Of a stretch of DNA of 64,000 nt, positions 29,801 to 39,122 are shown one piece after another. The translations under genes and the position numbers were made by a program. The DNA comes from a virus. How positions within the stretch are numbered: position 1 is the stretch's first letter; each line of letters starts with the position of its first letter. The stretch covers positions 64,001-128,000 of the IMG/VR virus record IMGVR_UViG_3300026097_000008; one strand, 5' to 3'. The notes beneath the pieces are model-generated. The model was given only the letters and a program-made list of their open reading frames with translations. It had not been told where the DNA came from and made no database searches.

Positions 29801-30573
29801 TTACTATTAGTTAAATTTGCATAATATAAATATCCGCCGTATCTTACAACATCACCAACTTGATATGTTTCTGAACTTGACCAATCTTTTTCGTGTTGAT
29901 ATCCTGGAAATTCCAATGTAAAATTTGTTGTACTAAAAGAACTTGTAGAAGTATGTGTTGTATTACATACAAAAATACTTCCGCCATATTTTACTCTATC
30001 GTTTTTTCTATAAGCAGTACTAGAAGTCCAAGCTCCTTTATAGTCTACGCCTTCATAAAATTCTCGCCAGTCGCTAATATTATCCTCTAATAACGATCCT
30101 GAATTGTGTGCAGTTATACATTCGTATACATAGCCGTTATATTTTACAATTGCACCAGGAGCGTAATCTATGCTAGTATTCCAATCTCCTAGATAATCGA
30201 TACTTGCAGCAAACACAGTCCAATTAGAATAATCAGTGACAAAGGATGTAGAAGAATGACTAGCGGTACAAAGATATAGATGACCGTTATAAAGCACTAT
30301 ATCACCTAAATTATAATTTACAGAAGTTATCCAATCACCGAGGAAAGATCTACCGCTAGTCATTACTACCCAACGAGGTTGCGGTTGCGGAGGATTAGAC
30401 CCTGGTAATATAGCATTTAGATCATTACGAAATGCACTATCTGCAACGTGTGCTATCAAACAAACATAACTTTTTCCGTTAACACGAATAATGTCATCTC
30501 TTCTATAACTTGCTGCGGCTGTCCACTCACCTCGCCATCTATATTTAAATTTATCTAAACTAAATTCTGACAT
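23848..30573 (-). CDS. Giant virion structural protein (2241 aa)
   Basis: CBM-like W..Y..GD.V.Y repeats, three cupredoxin-like domains, a beta-helix block and BNR-like repeats. Colinear with 21422..23803 plus 15210..21422. Confidence 0.75.
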   Translation of the reverse strand: MSEFSLDKFKYRWRGEWTAAASYRRDDIIRVNGKSYVCLIAHVADSAFRNDLNAILPGSNPPQPQPRWVVMTSGRSFLGDWITSVNYNLGDIVLYNGHLYLCTASHSSTSFVTDYSNWTVFAASIDYLGDWNTSIDYAPGAIVKYNGYVYECITAHNSGSLLEDNISDWREFYEGVDYKGAWTSSTAYRKNDRVKYGGSIFVCNTTHTSTSSFSTTNFTLEFPGYQHEKDWSSSETYQVGDVVRYGGYLYYANLTNSNQLPSTSAEQEDSETVVTTTYTVTVEDGGSGDVYLIDDTQTPNLTFVPNGIYIFNQDSATNDGYPLDLSTTQDGILGDGTAYSTGVTYFLDGVQVANRAAYVAGFDAASQRELRIAINTGTPETLYYASENQTGIAGASSITVQIPIIYWSLLSKTYNFRSSRLVQKTVTVGTDTVNGLATGVFYIDGVEKPTLDLVKGSTYIFDQSDATNSSFGGTYHPFMFSTISDGRNNDVISHYSTGVVYKLDGVAVSMNDYMNGFEAASTRTVEITVDFGAPATLYYFGHNGLNQGNSLSIYATNEWNLETEYRPGDIILRGGRLYQALTDIDESAKNLTKVITVGLDNASNQNAGAFYIDGVEKPQLDLIKGATYIFDQSDSSNNEYSLIGEDDPLYHPLKFSTSEDGDLVLGGTAYTTGVVYKLDGRELTVDQYITGFQNATVRTIEFSVPLDAPDTLYYYGHFNANQGNQLNIIVDEGTEVDTAQWELLLPGNVFSSQWQSGQRYSVGEVVSYLGTAYVCNIEHISSNLNFPGDNGNTFNFWDTLIQAGQPGGMLQIGDLLSYGLNRENVGDGSTEGSLRIPIGTANQKLSVSEELEVFWREVTNDAEVIYVSTKGSDITGNGTLYSPFKTIRHACEYIEDNIPALTPTKVSIATGRYEENCPIIIPAGCVVMGDELRSTTIIANSPKTEYDGHYTYVSAYLDYVLTFLNNLLTNQDVSGGYTGGVGQNKTLASSNLDGTNATSALITDYKNTIEARLLSGGNNPTVTGSNEANPDQDIANAGAILQANREFIYNEIIGFLEDTYPSITFYPDNIKADVYSLIRAFNRDLTFSGNYATTLAGRRFASQVLGSQIDDMFYLRDTTGLRNCTVDGLRGGLNPPGVFAQFQRPTGGAYCSLDPGWGPADERTWINNRSPYIQGVTTLGTAAIGQKIDGNLHNGGNKSMTSNDFTQVISDGIGAWVLNNGRAELVSVFTYYAQVGYLAEDGGIIRATNGNNSYGQFGSIAEGNDPTETPQTISVFNRNNEAQVVEAFAGGPTDKIFALEYSHTGENYTTATAEITGAGADANVLFTDFRDGALFQARLVNSSGSGSEGGSNYLVKQNSAQTTTSAEDRIILNTNETTQFLSEIDGMRILIVAGDGIGQYGIVNGYDQASKVCDVIKESDGTPGWDHILPGTPIESELDSTAVYRIEPRLTTNHPGFTTTLRNLPSNRTYSDAAFGGITETFTGIDLNTGTGETFDGEAVAATVTVVQNSGIYTVTLTDPGAGYAINDTFTILGTELGGATPDNDLVLTVTDVSDDSTNSIQTFSQSGTGREGRIVAAAEPNYAQWSDDGQSWSETNLPFNGPFRKVLNGNGKFVIVPESGNTVAWSETGATWTTRSLPVDETWIDGVFGGGRFVVLAQSLTGNSVVYSPNGLTWSSASLPAGSDSTVDQYQAIAHGAGKFVAITGSQTRDVAVSDNGATWTLNSGVLPAGDYDWAGMAFGNNRFLAIAKDGSTAYSLDHGATWYTGTNAPDGVSVSSPDTDLTFHDIKFSQGVFFVTAQDSNGGSLYVATTEDGLYWYERTLGSPGVNKVATFSNFDHIGRWHVFANDATTGGLNEVYTGAQAKLRADVFQGSFRNIKIWDPGSGYSDDNPITITVTDNQFITEVETDNRIGNGVLTQPDFVNRGTGYRTSTSTIEILGDGFADIVPEANTVTVTGVSVVPGPGAQVRFDTIDDINTLDPNDKKLFSAVGVEDLGEDDTGNGTRLVRFTISPSLKNEDNLAHDTSATLRTKFSQCRISGHDFLDIGTGNFLETNYPEIYAGGNFFTAAPENEVLEVDGGRVFYTSTDQDGNFRAGELFSVDQATGIVTISAEFFDLDGLSELALGGVRLGGSGTVVSEFSTDPTFAADSNNVIPTQRAIATFLADRLSVGGSDLEAGGIQAGQVLIGTENNVIDNVSDGYVNIPVDVQFFTSDENGNITDIQGTIISQMLYFRTFNDTIQ

Positions 30574-30574
30574 T

Positions 30575-31012
30575 TTAGTATCCTTCGTTTGGTTGGCTAT
30601 ATGTTGTAATTACATCTGTGTCTGGTCCGTCACCGTATGCAGGAGATGATATATTTGTTGGATATGTGTATGTTTCTGATAATCTCTGAATAAACTGGCC
30701 GTCACTAGGGTCTATAAAATATGTTAAACTTCTGTTATCCCATCTAAATTGCGGATAACGTAAATTGTCGTTTACAATTTCGTGATCTTCGTTAATTCCT
30801 GCCAGGTAATTAATACCTTCTTCAAAATCAAGATAGTTTTCTGCTGCTACACCAATATCGTTTATTACAGCAATATTTTCGTCGCCTCCTGATAACTGAT
30901 CTATTTTTACTAAAAAAAGTTCACCGTCGTCATTTCTACGCATACCATACATATATCTTTTAATAAAACCGTTGATTACGTCAGTAGGACTTGTTCCTAT
31001 ATAATATGTCAT
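30575..31012 (-). CDS. Hypothetical virion-associated protein
   Basis: 145-aa ORF tightly coupled within the structural operon. Confidence 0.6.
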   Translation of the reverse strand: MTYYIGTSPTDVINGFIKRYMYGMRRNDDGELFLVKIDQLSGGDENIAVINDIGVAAENYLDFEEGINYLAGINEDHEIVNDNLRYPQFRWDNRSLTYFIDPSDGQFIQRLSETYTYPTNISSPAYGDGPDTDVITTYSQPNEGY

Positions 31013-31341
31013 TATGTTATCTCCACATAGCTTACTACTACGTCAACTGCATCATCTACACTCGACCTTACAAGCAATCTATTACTAGGTGCAAGTACTA
31101 GTTTTTCACCTGTACTCACTGCTCTCAAACTAGTTCCTGCTGGTAAAATACTATCTTTTAGATAGTAGCCGCTAACACTAGTATCGTCTTCAACTAACAC
31201 ATCTACGTAAACAAACTGATTTGTTAGATTTGTAAAACTTAAACCAAGTATTGTGACTCTGGTTGTCGGTAGTGTTTCGTAAATTAACACAGGTACTGTA
31301 CCACAATTTTTTATTACTGTATTTTTTAATAGTGTTGCCAT
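31012..31341 (-). CDS. Small virion structural protein
   Basis: Paralog of 14868..15188 (GEKLVLAPSNRLLV...VDVVVSYVE). Confidence 0.65.
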   Translation of the reverse strand: MATLLKNTVIKNCGTVPVLIYETLPTTRVTILGLSFTNLTNQFVYVDVLVEDDTSVSGYYLKDSILPAGTSLRAVSTGEKLVLAPSNRLLVRSSVDDAVDVVVSYVEIT

Positions 31342-31344
31342 TTT

Positions 31345-34300
31345 CTATCCAAATATTAAAACTTTTTCAATTGCTATATCTTCTGCATCTTGGAAGCTGA
31401 TACCACCTGATGCTCCAGCAACAGAAACCCAATTAGTCCCGTCAAATAATTCAACCCTTGCATCATCAGTATTGAAACGTATCATTCCTGTAACACCTGT
31501 TGGTCTAGTGACATTACCCCCAACTGGTAAAACTACTCCATAAGTTCCGTCTATGTTTACATAACCATCACCAGTCGTTGTGAAAGTAGTAATAGCATCT
31601 TCTACAGTATTAGTTATAGTATTGTCTTTAAATCCAAAATTCTCAAAAACAACTCTTCCAGTCCCTTGTGCAGATAATTGCAAATCAGTGTTTGTTGTAG
31701 TAGTACTTATCACATTACCATCTACTTCAATGTCATCTACGGTTACTCTATTCGCATTAAATCTAGACGAATCTATATCTGCTACTGCTACTCCGTCAAT
31801 ATAAAATCTTATGACGTTGTCATTTGCTCCGGGAGTAAGTTCTGCCGTAATACGAGTATTTCCGTCTAAATCTTGTAATCCATTTAGCCGTATCCAATTA
31901 GTGCCGTCGTATCCTTCAAATTGTGCAGTGTCACTGTTAAATCTAATTTGTCCTGCATTTGCGCTTGGTCGATCTCCTGTACCCCCTACAGGTAATTTGA
32001 GTGCTCCTGTACTATCTATATTAACTAATCCTGTACCAGGTGATAATGTCATATCACCTGTGGTTGTAATAGTACTGTCTTTTATCGAAAAATCGTCAAT
32101 AACAATAGATCCGGTTCCTGCTGCACGTAGTTCTAGATCAGAATTAGAAATTGTTGTTGTAATAAAATTATCATCTATCAGGATATCGCCAGTCGTAAAG
32201 TTATTCGCTTGAATAGTACCAGCACTTTCTATATCATTTACAGTCAACGTACCGGTTATATTTACATTATTACCAACGGTTATGTTTCCTGTGACTTCTA
32301 AATTTTGAGACATTTGAACATCATTACTTGGTACATTTACTACACCAGACCCGTTCGCACGTAATATTAGATCTGTATCTGCTGTTATTGTTTCTACAAC
32401 ATTGTTGTCAATTAATACAGTGTTATTTGTAAAACTGTCTGCTGTTATCAAACCTGTACTAATTATATCAACTGTAGTAGTTGCTCCGTTTACTGTAAAG
32501 TCATTGTTTACTGTAAAATCGTTAGTCGGTATCAGTATTTTACCTGTGCCATTTGCTCGTAGTTCAAGATCAGTATTTGAGGATGTAGTAGTGATAAAAT
32601 TATCGTCTACTAGTATTTCTTCAAACTGTGCAGAAGCACCTACATTAATGTCCTGTTCTACTGTGACATCGCCAGACACACTTGTGTCTCCTGTCTGGTC
32701 AAAATCTCCTACAAGTGTCACTGTACCTGTAATATTTGTATTAGCAAGAGTTGCGGTTCCATCAACATTAAGATCTTGATCTATTTGTACATCGTTACTA
32801 GGCACAACAACGTTGCCTGAGCCGTTTGCTCGTAAATCCAAATCAGCGTTTGAATCTGTTGTTGTAATGTAATTTTGTGTAATTTTTATGCCGTCAATGT
32901 CTGCTTCATTAACATATATATTACTCCAAGTTTTTGATGCACTACCAAGATTATATGTTGAAGTTAAACTAGGTAATAAGTCACTGTCTATACCTGCAAC
33001 AATTTGTATTGTATCACTAGGGTCATTACCTACAGTAATATTACCCCCAATAGTCACATTTCCTGTGACATCAAGATCACCTGTGATATTGACATTATTA
33101 TTAAGATTGATTATGTCACTACTTGCAGTAAAGTTTACGTCTCCTGACAAGCTTTCTATAGTATTACCACTTATTCTAAGATTACCAGTATCTATTCTTT
33201 CGCCGCTTACAAATGTAGTATCGCCGCCTGTGGTAAATGTTGCACCAGTAGTTAGGTCTATGTTTAGAGCACTTGCAACAAAGTTTACAGTTCCGTCATC
33301 TTGATTTACATAGAATAAATCACCTACTCTAAAATCACCTTTGTGGTCAACACTGTTATAGCGTATTTTTGCACTATTAGATTCTACTACTTCATTTTCT
33401 TGTATAACTGTAGCTGCGTCATTTGTGACTTCTTTACCATTTCCGATATATGCTAAATTTTGTCCTATAGCATATACAATCACGCCGTCGCCGTCGCCTA
33501 CTAATCCAAAATTTCCGTAAACAGATGCAGAGCCGATCATGCGCATTTCAGCGCCGAAGTCGCGTTTGTCTATGTTGAGTATTTCTGTGGCTGTTTCTGT
33601 GCCGTCACTTATACTTTGTGGAGTAGTATCAAAACCGTCTAAATCATCGAACTTGCCTGCGATACTGATTACATCTCCATCAACTGCTGCAATAGTTCCT
33701 GTAACAACAGTTGAGCTATCAGTTGATGTAAATGTAACTGTTGCACCTTCAGTAAATGTTCCGCTAGTTCCGCCTAAACGTATATGCGTTTGTCCTGCAC
33801 TTTTTAAACCTAAATTACTATTATACGCATACAAACTTCTATTTGCAAAATACGTAAAGCTGTTTAGCCATTCAATACGTACACCGTTTGTAGCTACAAC
33901 ACCATCTACACCAGGTACAATAAATGTGACACTATGGAACAGCATACTTGCTTCTTTAGAATTTGCTGTAGCATATGAACCGTCTATGTATGCTCCTTTA
34001 CCTGCGTCACCTGAATTAAATCCTCTTGGATCTTCTGCTGTAGTTGTGCTACCTGCTGTAATTACTGTAACATTTCTAATATAAGGAGAACGTGTAGTGA
34101 CTTCAAAGTCTGTTGCGAAACGGAAAGCATATCCGTTGTTAGGGTATACTTTATTTCCATTACTACAGCTAAATGTTAGATTTGACACAAATACACTATG
34201 ACCTACATAGCTATCGTGTGCTGCATCTAAATCTATTGTTAGCACACCAGTAGTGTTATCATAAGTTGCATTGTTTATATCGATCGGTGCAGTGCTGTCA

Positions 34301-35385
34301 CTAAAGTCAACAGTTCCGCCACTTACGTATGTATGTGCTTGTGGTGCTGTACCTATGTTAACTTTGATAGTGTTTGCATCAACAACTTCAGTAATATCAA
34401 AATAATTCCCGCCGCTGTAGAAGCCTTTAATAGTAACATCTTCTACAGTGCTTTCACCATTTACAAGTATTGCATCATTATAGCGTGTTTCTGTAGTAGG
34501 TTGTATTGTGACACTTCTTAAACTTGTACCTTTTAGAGTGACTCCAACTGGTACAGTTAGCGGAAATTCTTCTGTGTAAACACCGGGATAAATGTGAACA
34601 GTATCTCCTGCTGTTGCTAAACTTAGTGCGTATTTGATAGTACCTACAGGATCTTGCTGGTGTGTTCCTGTATTTGTGTCGCTACCATTTTCGGCAACAT
34701 AAAAAATATTTCCTTGACGAAGCACTAGATCAACTCCGTCAACTACTAATGCAGTAGAACTAATTGATCCTGCTACAAAGTTATCTACCCAAACATCAGA
34801 CCACTGTTTTCCGCCGCTTAATGGGTCACTTCCTAAGGTATATGTGCTAGTTGTATCCGGTATAATATTGCTTGCTACTTCTGCATTGAATGTGACGTTG
34901 TCTGTATCAGCATCACCAATTGTAATATTGCCGTCTGCTGTGATATTTCCAGTAGCATGTATATTACCGTCTACGTTCATAGATGCAGCAACTTCTACTG
35001 TGCCTGTTCCGTTGGGTCGTAGTTCTAAATTGGCATTTGAATCATTAGTGCTGATAATGTTGCCTTCAATATCAATGCTATCTATTCTTGCACGATTTTG
35101 ATATACAACAGTGTCTAGTGTTCCTAAGTTTAGGAATCGATTAGGTGTGCTAATTGTATTGCCAACTATGTTAATATCAGCAATATCAGCTTCTGTGTCT
35201 ACAATAAGATTTGTAGTTCTAGTGGTTCCGATTACGTCTAATTCGTGTTGAGGCGCATTTGTTTTGACGCCGATGCGCTGGTTATTTACATCTAGATATA
35301 ATAGATCAGTCTCAAAGGCTAAATCAATCCCATTACGGATCAAGTTAGACTTCAAGAGCGGACCTGATATGCGACCTACAGCCAT
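31345..35385 (-). CDS. Large virion structural / fibre protein (1346 aa)
   Basis: GRISGPLL N-terminus, repeated I.T..SN.DLELRA.GTG units, a beta-helix block and two C-terminal LP.G....RP...IRFN modules. Paralog of 35532..39092. Confidence 0.75.
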   Translation of the reverse strand: MAVGRISGPLLKSNLIRNGIDLAFETDLLYLDVNNQRIGVKTNAPQHELDVIGTTRTTNLIVDTEADIADINIVGNTISTPNRFLNLGTLDTVVYQNRARIDSIDIEGNIISTNDSNANLELRPNGTGTVEVAASMNVDGNIHATGNITADGNITIGDADTDNVTFNAEVASNIIPDTTSTYTLGSDPLSGGKQWSDVWVDNFVAGSISSTALVVDGVDLVLRQGNIFYVAENGSDTNTGTHQQDPVGTIKYALSLATAGDTVHIYPGVYTEEFPLTVPVGVTLKGTSLRSVTIQPTTETRYNDAILVNGESTVEDVTIKGFYSGGNYFDITEVVDANTIKVNIGTAPQAHTYVSGGTVDFSDSTAPIDINNATYDNTTGVLTIDLDAAHDSYVGHSVFVSNLTFSCSNGNKVYPNNGYAFRFATDFEVTTRSPYIRNVTVITAGSTTTAEDPRGFNSGDAGKGAYIDGSYATANSKEASMLFHSVTFIVPGVDGVVATNGVRIEWLNSFTYFANRSLYAYNSNLGLKSAGQTHIRLGGTSGTFTEGATVTFTSTDSSTVVTGTIAAVDGDVISIAGKFDDLDGFDTTPQSISDGTETATEILNIDKRDFGAEMRMIGSASVYGNFGLVGDGDGVIVYAIGQNLAYIGNGKEVTNDAATVIQENEVVESNSAKIRYNSVDHKGDFRVGDLFYVNQDDGTVNFVASALNIDLTTGATFTTGGDTTFVSGERIDTGNLRISGNTIESLSGDVNFTASSDIINLNNNVNITGDLDVTGNVTIGGNITVGNDPSDTIQIVAGIDSDLLPSLTSTYNLGSASKTWSNIYVNEADIDGIKITQNYITTTDSNADLDLRANGSGNVVVPSNDVQIDQDLNVDGTATLANTNITGTVTLVGDFDQTGDTSVSGDVTVEQDINVGASAQFEEILVDDNFITTTSSNTDLELRANGTGKILIPTNDFTVNNDFTVNGATTTVDIISTGLITADSFTNNTVLIDNNVVETITADTDLILRANGSGVVNVPSNDVQMSQNLEVTGNITVGNNVNITGTLTVNDIESAGTIQANNFTTGDILIDDNFITTTISNSDLELRAAGTGSIVIDDFSIKDSTITTTGDMTLSPGTGLVNIDSTGALKLPVGGTGDRPSANAGQIRFNSDTAQFEGYDGTNWIRLNGLQDLDGNTRITAELTPGANDNVIRFYIDGVAVADIDSSRFNANRVTVDDIEVDGNVISTTTTNTDLQLSAQGTGRVVFENFGFKDNTITNTVEDAITTFTTTGDGYVNIDGTYGVVLPVGGNVTRPTGVTGMIRFNTDDARVELFDGTNWVSVAGASGGISFQDAEDIAIEKVLIFG

Positions 35386-35400
35386 CTCTTCTCCTCAACA

Positions 35401-35495
35401 CGGGGATCCTGTCCCTCTAGCCTAAATTTTCAGCTTGCGCTCTTTGCTGGCTAACCACAGTTTGACCCTGCAATACAATGGTCGCTGTACTGCAT
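35401..35495 (-). ncRNA. Candidate structured cis-regulatory 5' leader
   Basis: Lies between late promoter ATAAATA (35502-35508) and the GAGGAG RBS. Stems UGCAGUACA/UGUAUUGCA, UAGCC/GGCUA enclosing AGC-GCAA-GCU, and GGGA/UCCC. Confidence 0.5.
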
Positions 35496-35531
35496 TAGTA
35501 GTATTTATGTGTTTTAAAGAAAAGGTGCTTA

Positions 35532-38500
35532 TTACCCGTAAATTAAAGTTTGAATTAGACTTATATCGTCCATTTCGGCTTCACTTACAGCTTCAAATGC
35601 TCCAGCTGATGTTTGCCATTGATCACCAATCCAAGTTTCCATTTCTCCTGAATCTGTATTCACACGAGTTTGACCAAGGATTGGTGATGCAGGTCTATTG
35701 CTGTTTGAGCCTGTAGGTATTTTGACGGCACCGTCGCCGTCAAACTGATAATAACCGTCGTCTGTACTACTAAAAACTAGGGGCTCGTCGGTTGCTGTAT
35801 TTTGAATGGTGCTACCAGAAACTTTAATGTTGTCAATTATAACACCGCCAGATCCGTCTGGTCTTAATTCAAGATCAGAATTTGAAACTGTTGTGCTTAT
35901 ACCAAGGCCGTCTATAAGTATATCATCAACCTGTAAACCGTGTATATTAATGCCGTCGCTATCAAAATTTCCTACTTGTATATTTGCAATATCTAATAAT
36001 AATGTATCATTTGTTGGGTGGGCTCTTAAATTAGTTAAGCTATTATCTGAGTAAACACCGTTAAAAAATATATTTGATGTAGCATATCCTTGAAATAAAT
36101 TTTTATCAGTATTCAACCGTATTTGAGATTGGGTGAGTGTATCGTCAGGTCCAATTGGTAATTTTAATGCTTTAGTACTATCAATAATTAATTGATCTTC
36201 AACATCTAATACAATGTCTGTAAGCGAACTATCCGGAGTTGTTTTACTACCTATAGTATTGTTTGTAAATTCAAGAATCTCTAAATATATACTTCCAGCA
36301 CCGGCTCCGCGGAGTTCAAGATTTGAATTAGAATTAGTGGTTGTAATTACATTATCAAATATTTGAATATCAGTACTACTGGTCATATCTTCCATTGCAA
36401 AGCTATCTGTGATATTAATCGCGCCAACTGTGATAGAGTCAGAGGTTAGATTTTCTCCAGAGATATTATTAGAAGTAGTTAAATTTTGTGTAATATTCAC
36501 ATCATTACTAAAAAGTACATTTCCTGTTGCACGTATGTCAAGATCAGCGTTTGATATATGAGTTTCTATTATGTTTGTCTGAGTGCGCACTGTACTATTA
36601 TCAAAATTTACTGCTTCTACTTGTGTTGCACTTATCCAATCACTGGAATAAACTGTTCCTTGTGTATCAAAGTTATTTGTTAATACTAAATCTTCTGTAG
36701 GAACAAGTATATTTCCAGTACCTGAAGCACGTAATTCAAAATCTGTATTAGAAGTTGTAGTGGTTATATAATTATCATCGATTTTTATTTCTTCAAATTG
36801 CGCAATTTGAGCTACGTTTAGATTTTGGGTTATTGTTAAATTTGTAGTAGAAAAATTATTATTAAGTGCAATAGCACCTGCAGTTGTTAAATCATTTGTA
36901 GAAAGATTGTTTATAAAAGTAGTGGTTTGAACTTGAAGATTGTTAGTAATATTTAAATTTTCATCTTCAAAATATATACGTCCGGTACCGTTTGCGCGAA
37001 ATTCAAGGTCTGCATTTGAATCATTAGTAGTAATTACATTATCAAATAATTGTACGTCACCTAAGTTTGCTTGACTTCCGTGTACTATATTCCAAACTTT
37101 TGTTGGGCTTCCTAGATCAAATTGGAGAGTTTGATTTGGTACAAGATCCTGATCAAAATCTACATTAAAGTCTACTGTATCCGTTGACTGATCACCTATA
37201 GTATTCAGTGTGCCATCAAAACTGAGATTTCCTGTAATATCAAGATCTTTTAAAATATTAGTGCTAGATGTAAAATTTATATTTCCAGCCGCACTGTCTA
37301 TTTCAATATTTCCAGACAGACTACGGATAGTGTTTTCTCTAAAACGAATATTTCCTGTTTCTACTCTTGTGCCGTCAATAAATGTTGTACTGCCGTTTGT
37401 AGTCACGGTCATGCCGCCTAACGAATCAATATCCGCTTCGGTTAAAACTAAGCTTGTTTCTCCTGATTCCTGATCAACTAAAAAATTGTTGCCTACTCTA
37501 AAATTGCCTAAATGATCTTCTGTTTGGAAATATATTCTACCAGAATTAAGTTCTGACACTTCTTGGCTCTGTATAACTCTACTTGGGTCATTATCTACAA
37601 ACTTGCCGGCGCCTATATAGGCCATGTTGTGTTGTATTAAGTACATTAAACAATCAGAGCCATCTGCTACTGCGCCATAATTACCGTACACGTTTGCACT
37701 ACCAATAGAGCGTATTTCTGCACCATACTTTACAGTACTGCCATCAGTACTTAAATGACCAGTAACTCCGTCGAATGCATATAAACCTCTATTCGCAAAA
37801 TATGTAAAACTGTTAAGCCATTCTACCCTAACACCATTGGTCATTGTAAGGCCGTCCACTCCGGGTGTGATAAAGGTCACACTATGAAACAACATACTTG
37901 CTTCTTCGCTTGCGCTTAAAACATCAGCACCATCTACCAAAGCACCTTTACCTGCGTCGCCGCTAGCAAACCCCCTAGGATCACTTGCACTAGTTGTAGT
38001 GCCTTTGGTGATAACTGTGACATTTTGTATATATGGAGAACGTGTTGTGACTACAGTATTAGGTGCAAAACGGAAGGCGTACCCGGTATCATTTCCGCTG
38101 TCATAATAAAAATCAGTAATAGTAAGATTTTGAACTGTACTTTCACCATTTAGGTGGAAAATATCTTTTGACTGATCTGCACTCGTTGGACGTATAAACG
38201 TATTCCTGTAATCTTCCCCTACAATATTAACATTAGTAGGAACAACTAGTGGAAGTTCTTCTTCGTATCCGCCAGCGTATACATAGATTGTGACTGGCCC
38301 ACTTGTACTTGCATCTGCAAAATCTAAAGCACGTTTTAAAGTTTTAAAAGGACCATTTGGATGATCACCTACATTAGAATCGTTGCCGTTTTCAGCTACA
38401 TAAATTATATTTCCTTGCCTACTAGATAGGAAGACCGGTCCTACTGCAACACTAGCAGTTGTAATGCTTTGACCGTTTAAAAATACAGAATACAAATCTT

Positions 38501-39092
38501 TCCATCTTTTAGAAGGAGTTCCTAAAGAATATGTGTTGTTTTGATCAGGTATAATACTACTATTGACATCAGAGTTTATGATTACAGTATCTTGTGCTAA
38601 AGCATCACCTAAAATTATACTTCCGTCAAAAGTAATATTTCCTGTAGCATGCAAACTTCCGGCTATGTTTACATTATTATGTACATCAAGTATTCCTGTA
38701 CCATTTGTTTGTAAATCTAAATTACTATTAGATCTATAAGTAGAAATAGTATTATCAGTAATACTAATATTATCTGTTTGAAAATTGCTAAGACTAATTA
38801 TTTCACTTGCATTAAGATTTATATCTCCTGTGAGATTATTAATATTATTTGTATCAATAGAAAAATCTGAAATATTTGCACTAGTGCTTGCGATTAAATT
38901 AATAGTTTTAGTTGTGCCAGAAATATCTGCTGTATTTCCAGGATCGCTTTTGTTGACTCCGATTAATCCGGTGTTAACATCTAGAAATAAAAGTTGTGTG
39001 TCATCTTGCGTGTTTCGAAACGCTAGATCAATTCCGTTTCTTTCTAAATTAGCGTTTAATAAAGGACCAGATATTCTACCTACTTGTGCCAT
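35532..39092 (-). CDS. Large virion structural / fibre protein (1186 aa)
   Basis: Colinear paralog of 31345..35385 (ASMLFHSVTFI.PGVDG, NGVR.EWLNSFTYFANR). Perfect TATAAATA at 39112-39119 upstream. Confidence 0.75.
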   Translation of the reverse strand: MAQVGRISGPLLNANLERNGIDLAFRNTQDDTQLLFLDVNTGLIGVNKSDPGNTADISGTTKTINLIASTSANISDFSIDTNNINNLTGDINLNASEIISLSNFQTDNISITDNTISTYRSNSNLDLQTNGTGILDVHNNVNIAGSLHATGNITFDGSIILGDALAQDTVIINSDVNSSIIPDQNNTYSLGTPSKRWKDLYSVFLNGQSITTASVAVGPVFLSSRQGNIIYVAENGNDSNVGDHPNGPFKTLKRALDFADASTSGPVTIYVYAGGYEEELPLVVPTNVNIVGEDYRNTFIRPTSADQSKDIFHLNGESTVQNLTITDFYYDSGNDTGYAFRFAPNTVVTTRSPYIQNVTVITKGTTTSASDPRGFASGDAGKGALVDGADVLSASEEASMLFHSVTFITPGVDGLTMTNGVRVEWLNSFTYFANRGLYAFDGVTGHLSTDGSTVKYGAEIRSIGSANVYGNYGAVADGSDCLMYLIQHNMAYIGAGKFVDNDPSRVIQSQEVSELNSGRIYFQTEDHLGNFRVGNNFLVDQESGETSLVLTEADIDSLGGMTVTTNGSTTFIDGTRVETGNIRFRENTIRSLSGNIEIDSAAGNINFTSSTNILKDLDITGNLSFDGTLNTIGDQSTDTVDFNVDFDQDLVPNQTLQFDLGSPTKVWNIVHGSQANLGDVQLFDNVITTNDSNADLEFRANGTGRIYFEDENLNITNNLQVQTTTFINNLSTNDLTTAGAIALNNNFSTTNLTITQNLNVAQIAQFEEIKIDDNYITTTTSNTDFELRASGTGNILVPTEDLVLTNNFDTQGTVYSSDWISATQVEAVNFDNSTVRTQTNIIETHISNADLDIRATGNVLFSNDVNITQNLTTSNNISGENLTSDSITVGAINITDSFAMEDMTSSTDIQIFDNVITTTNSNSNLELRGAGAGSIYLEILEFTNNTIGSKTTPDSSLTDIVLDVEDQLIIDSTKALKLPIGPDDTLTQSQIRLNTDKNLFQGYATSNIFFNGVYSDNSLTNLRAHPTNDTLLLDIANIQVGNFDSDGINIHGLQVDDILIDGLGISTTVSNSDLELRPDGSGGVIIDNIKVSGSTIQNTATDEPLVFSSTDDGYYQFDGDGAVKIPTGSNSNRPASPILGQTRVNTDSGEMETWIGDQWQTSAGAFEAVSEAEMDDISLIQTLIYG

Positions 39093-39111
39093 TAAAGTCT
39101 CCTTGACACAG

Positions 39112-39119
39112 TATTTATA
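39112..39119 (-). promoter_or_regulatory. T4-type late promoter, perfect TATAAATA
   Basis: Exact match to the T4 gp55 consensus, followed by AAGGAG and the ATG at 39092. Confidence 0.75.
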
Positions 39120-39122
39120 GCT

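Noticed and set aside
13138-30575. Shared C-terminal GGY/RGY/EGY/GGF endings as a sorting signal
   Set aside because: They are better explained by Shine-Dalgarno sequences (GGAGG/GAGG/AAGG) for the next gene embedded in the last codons of coupled genes.
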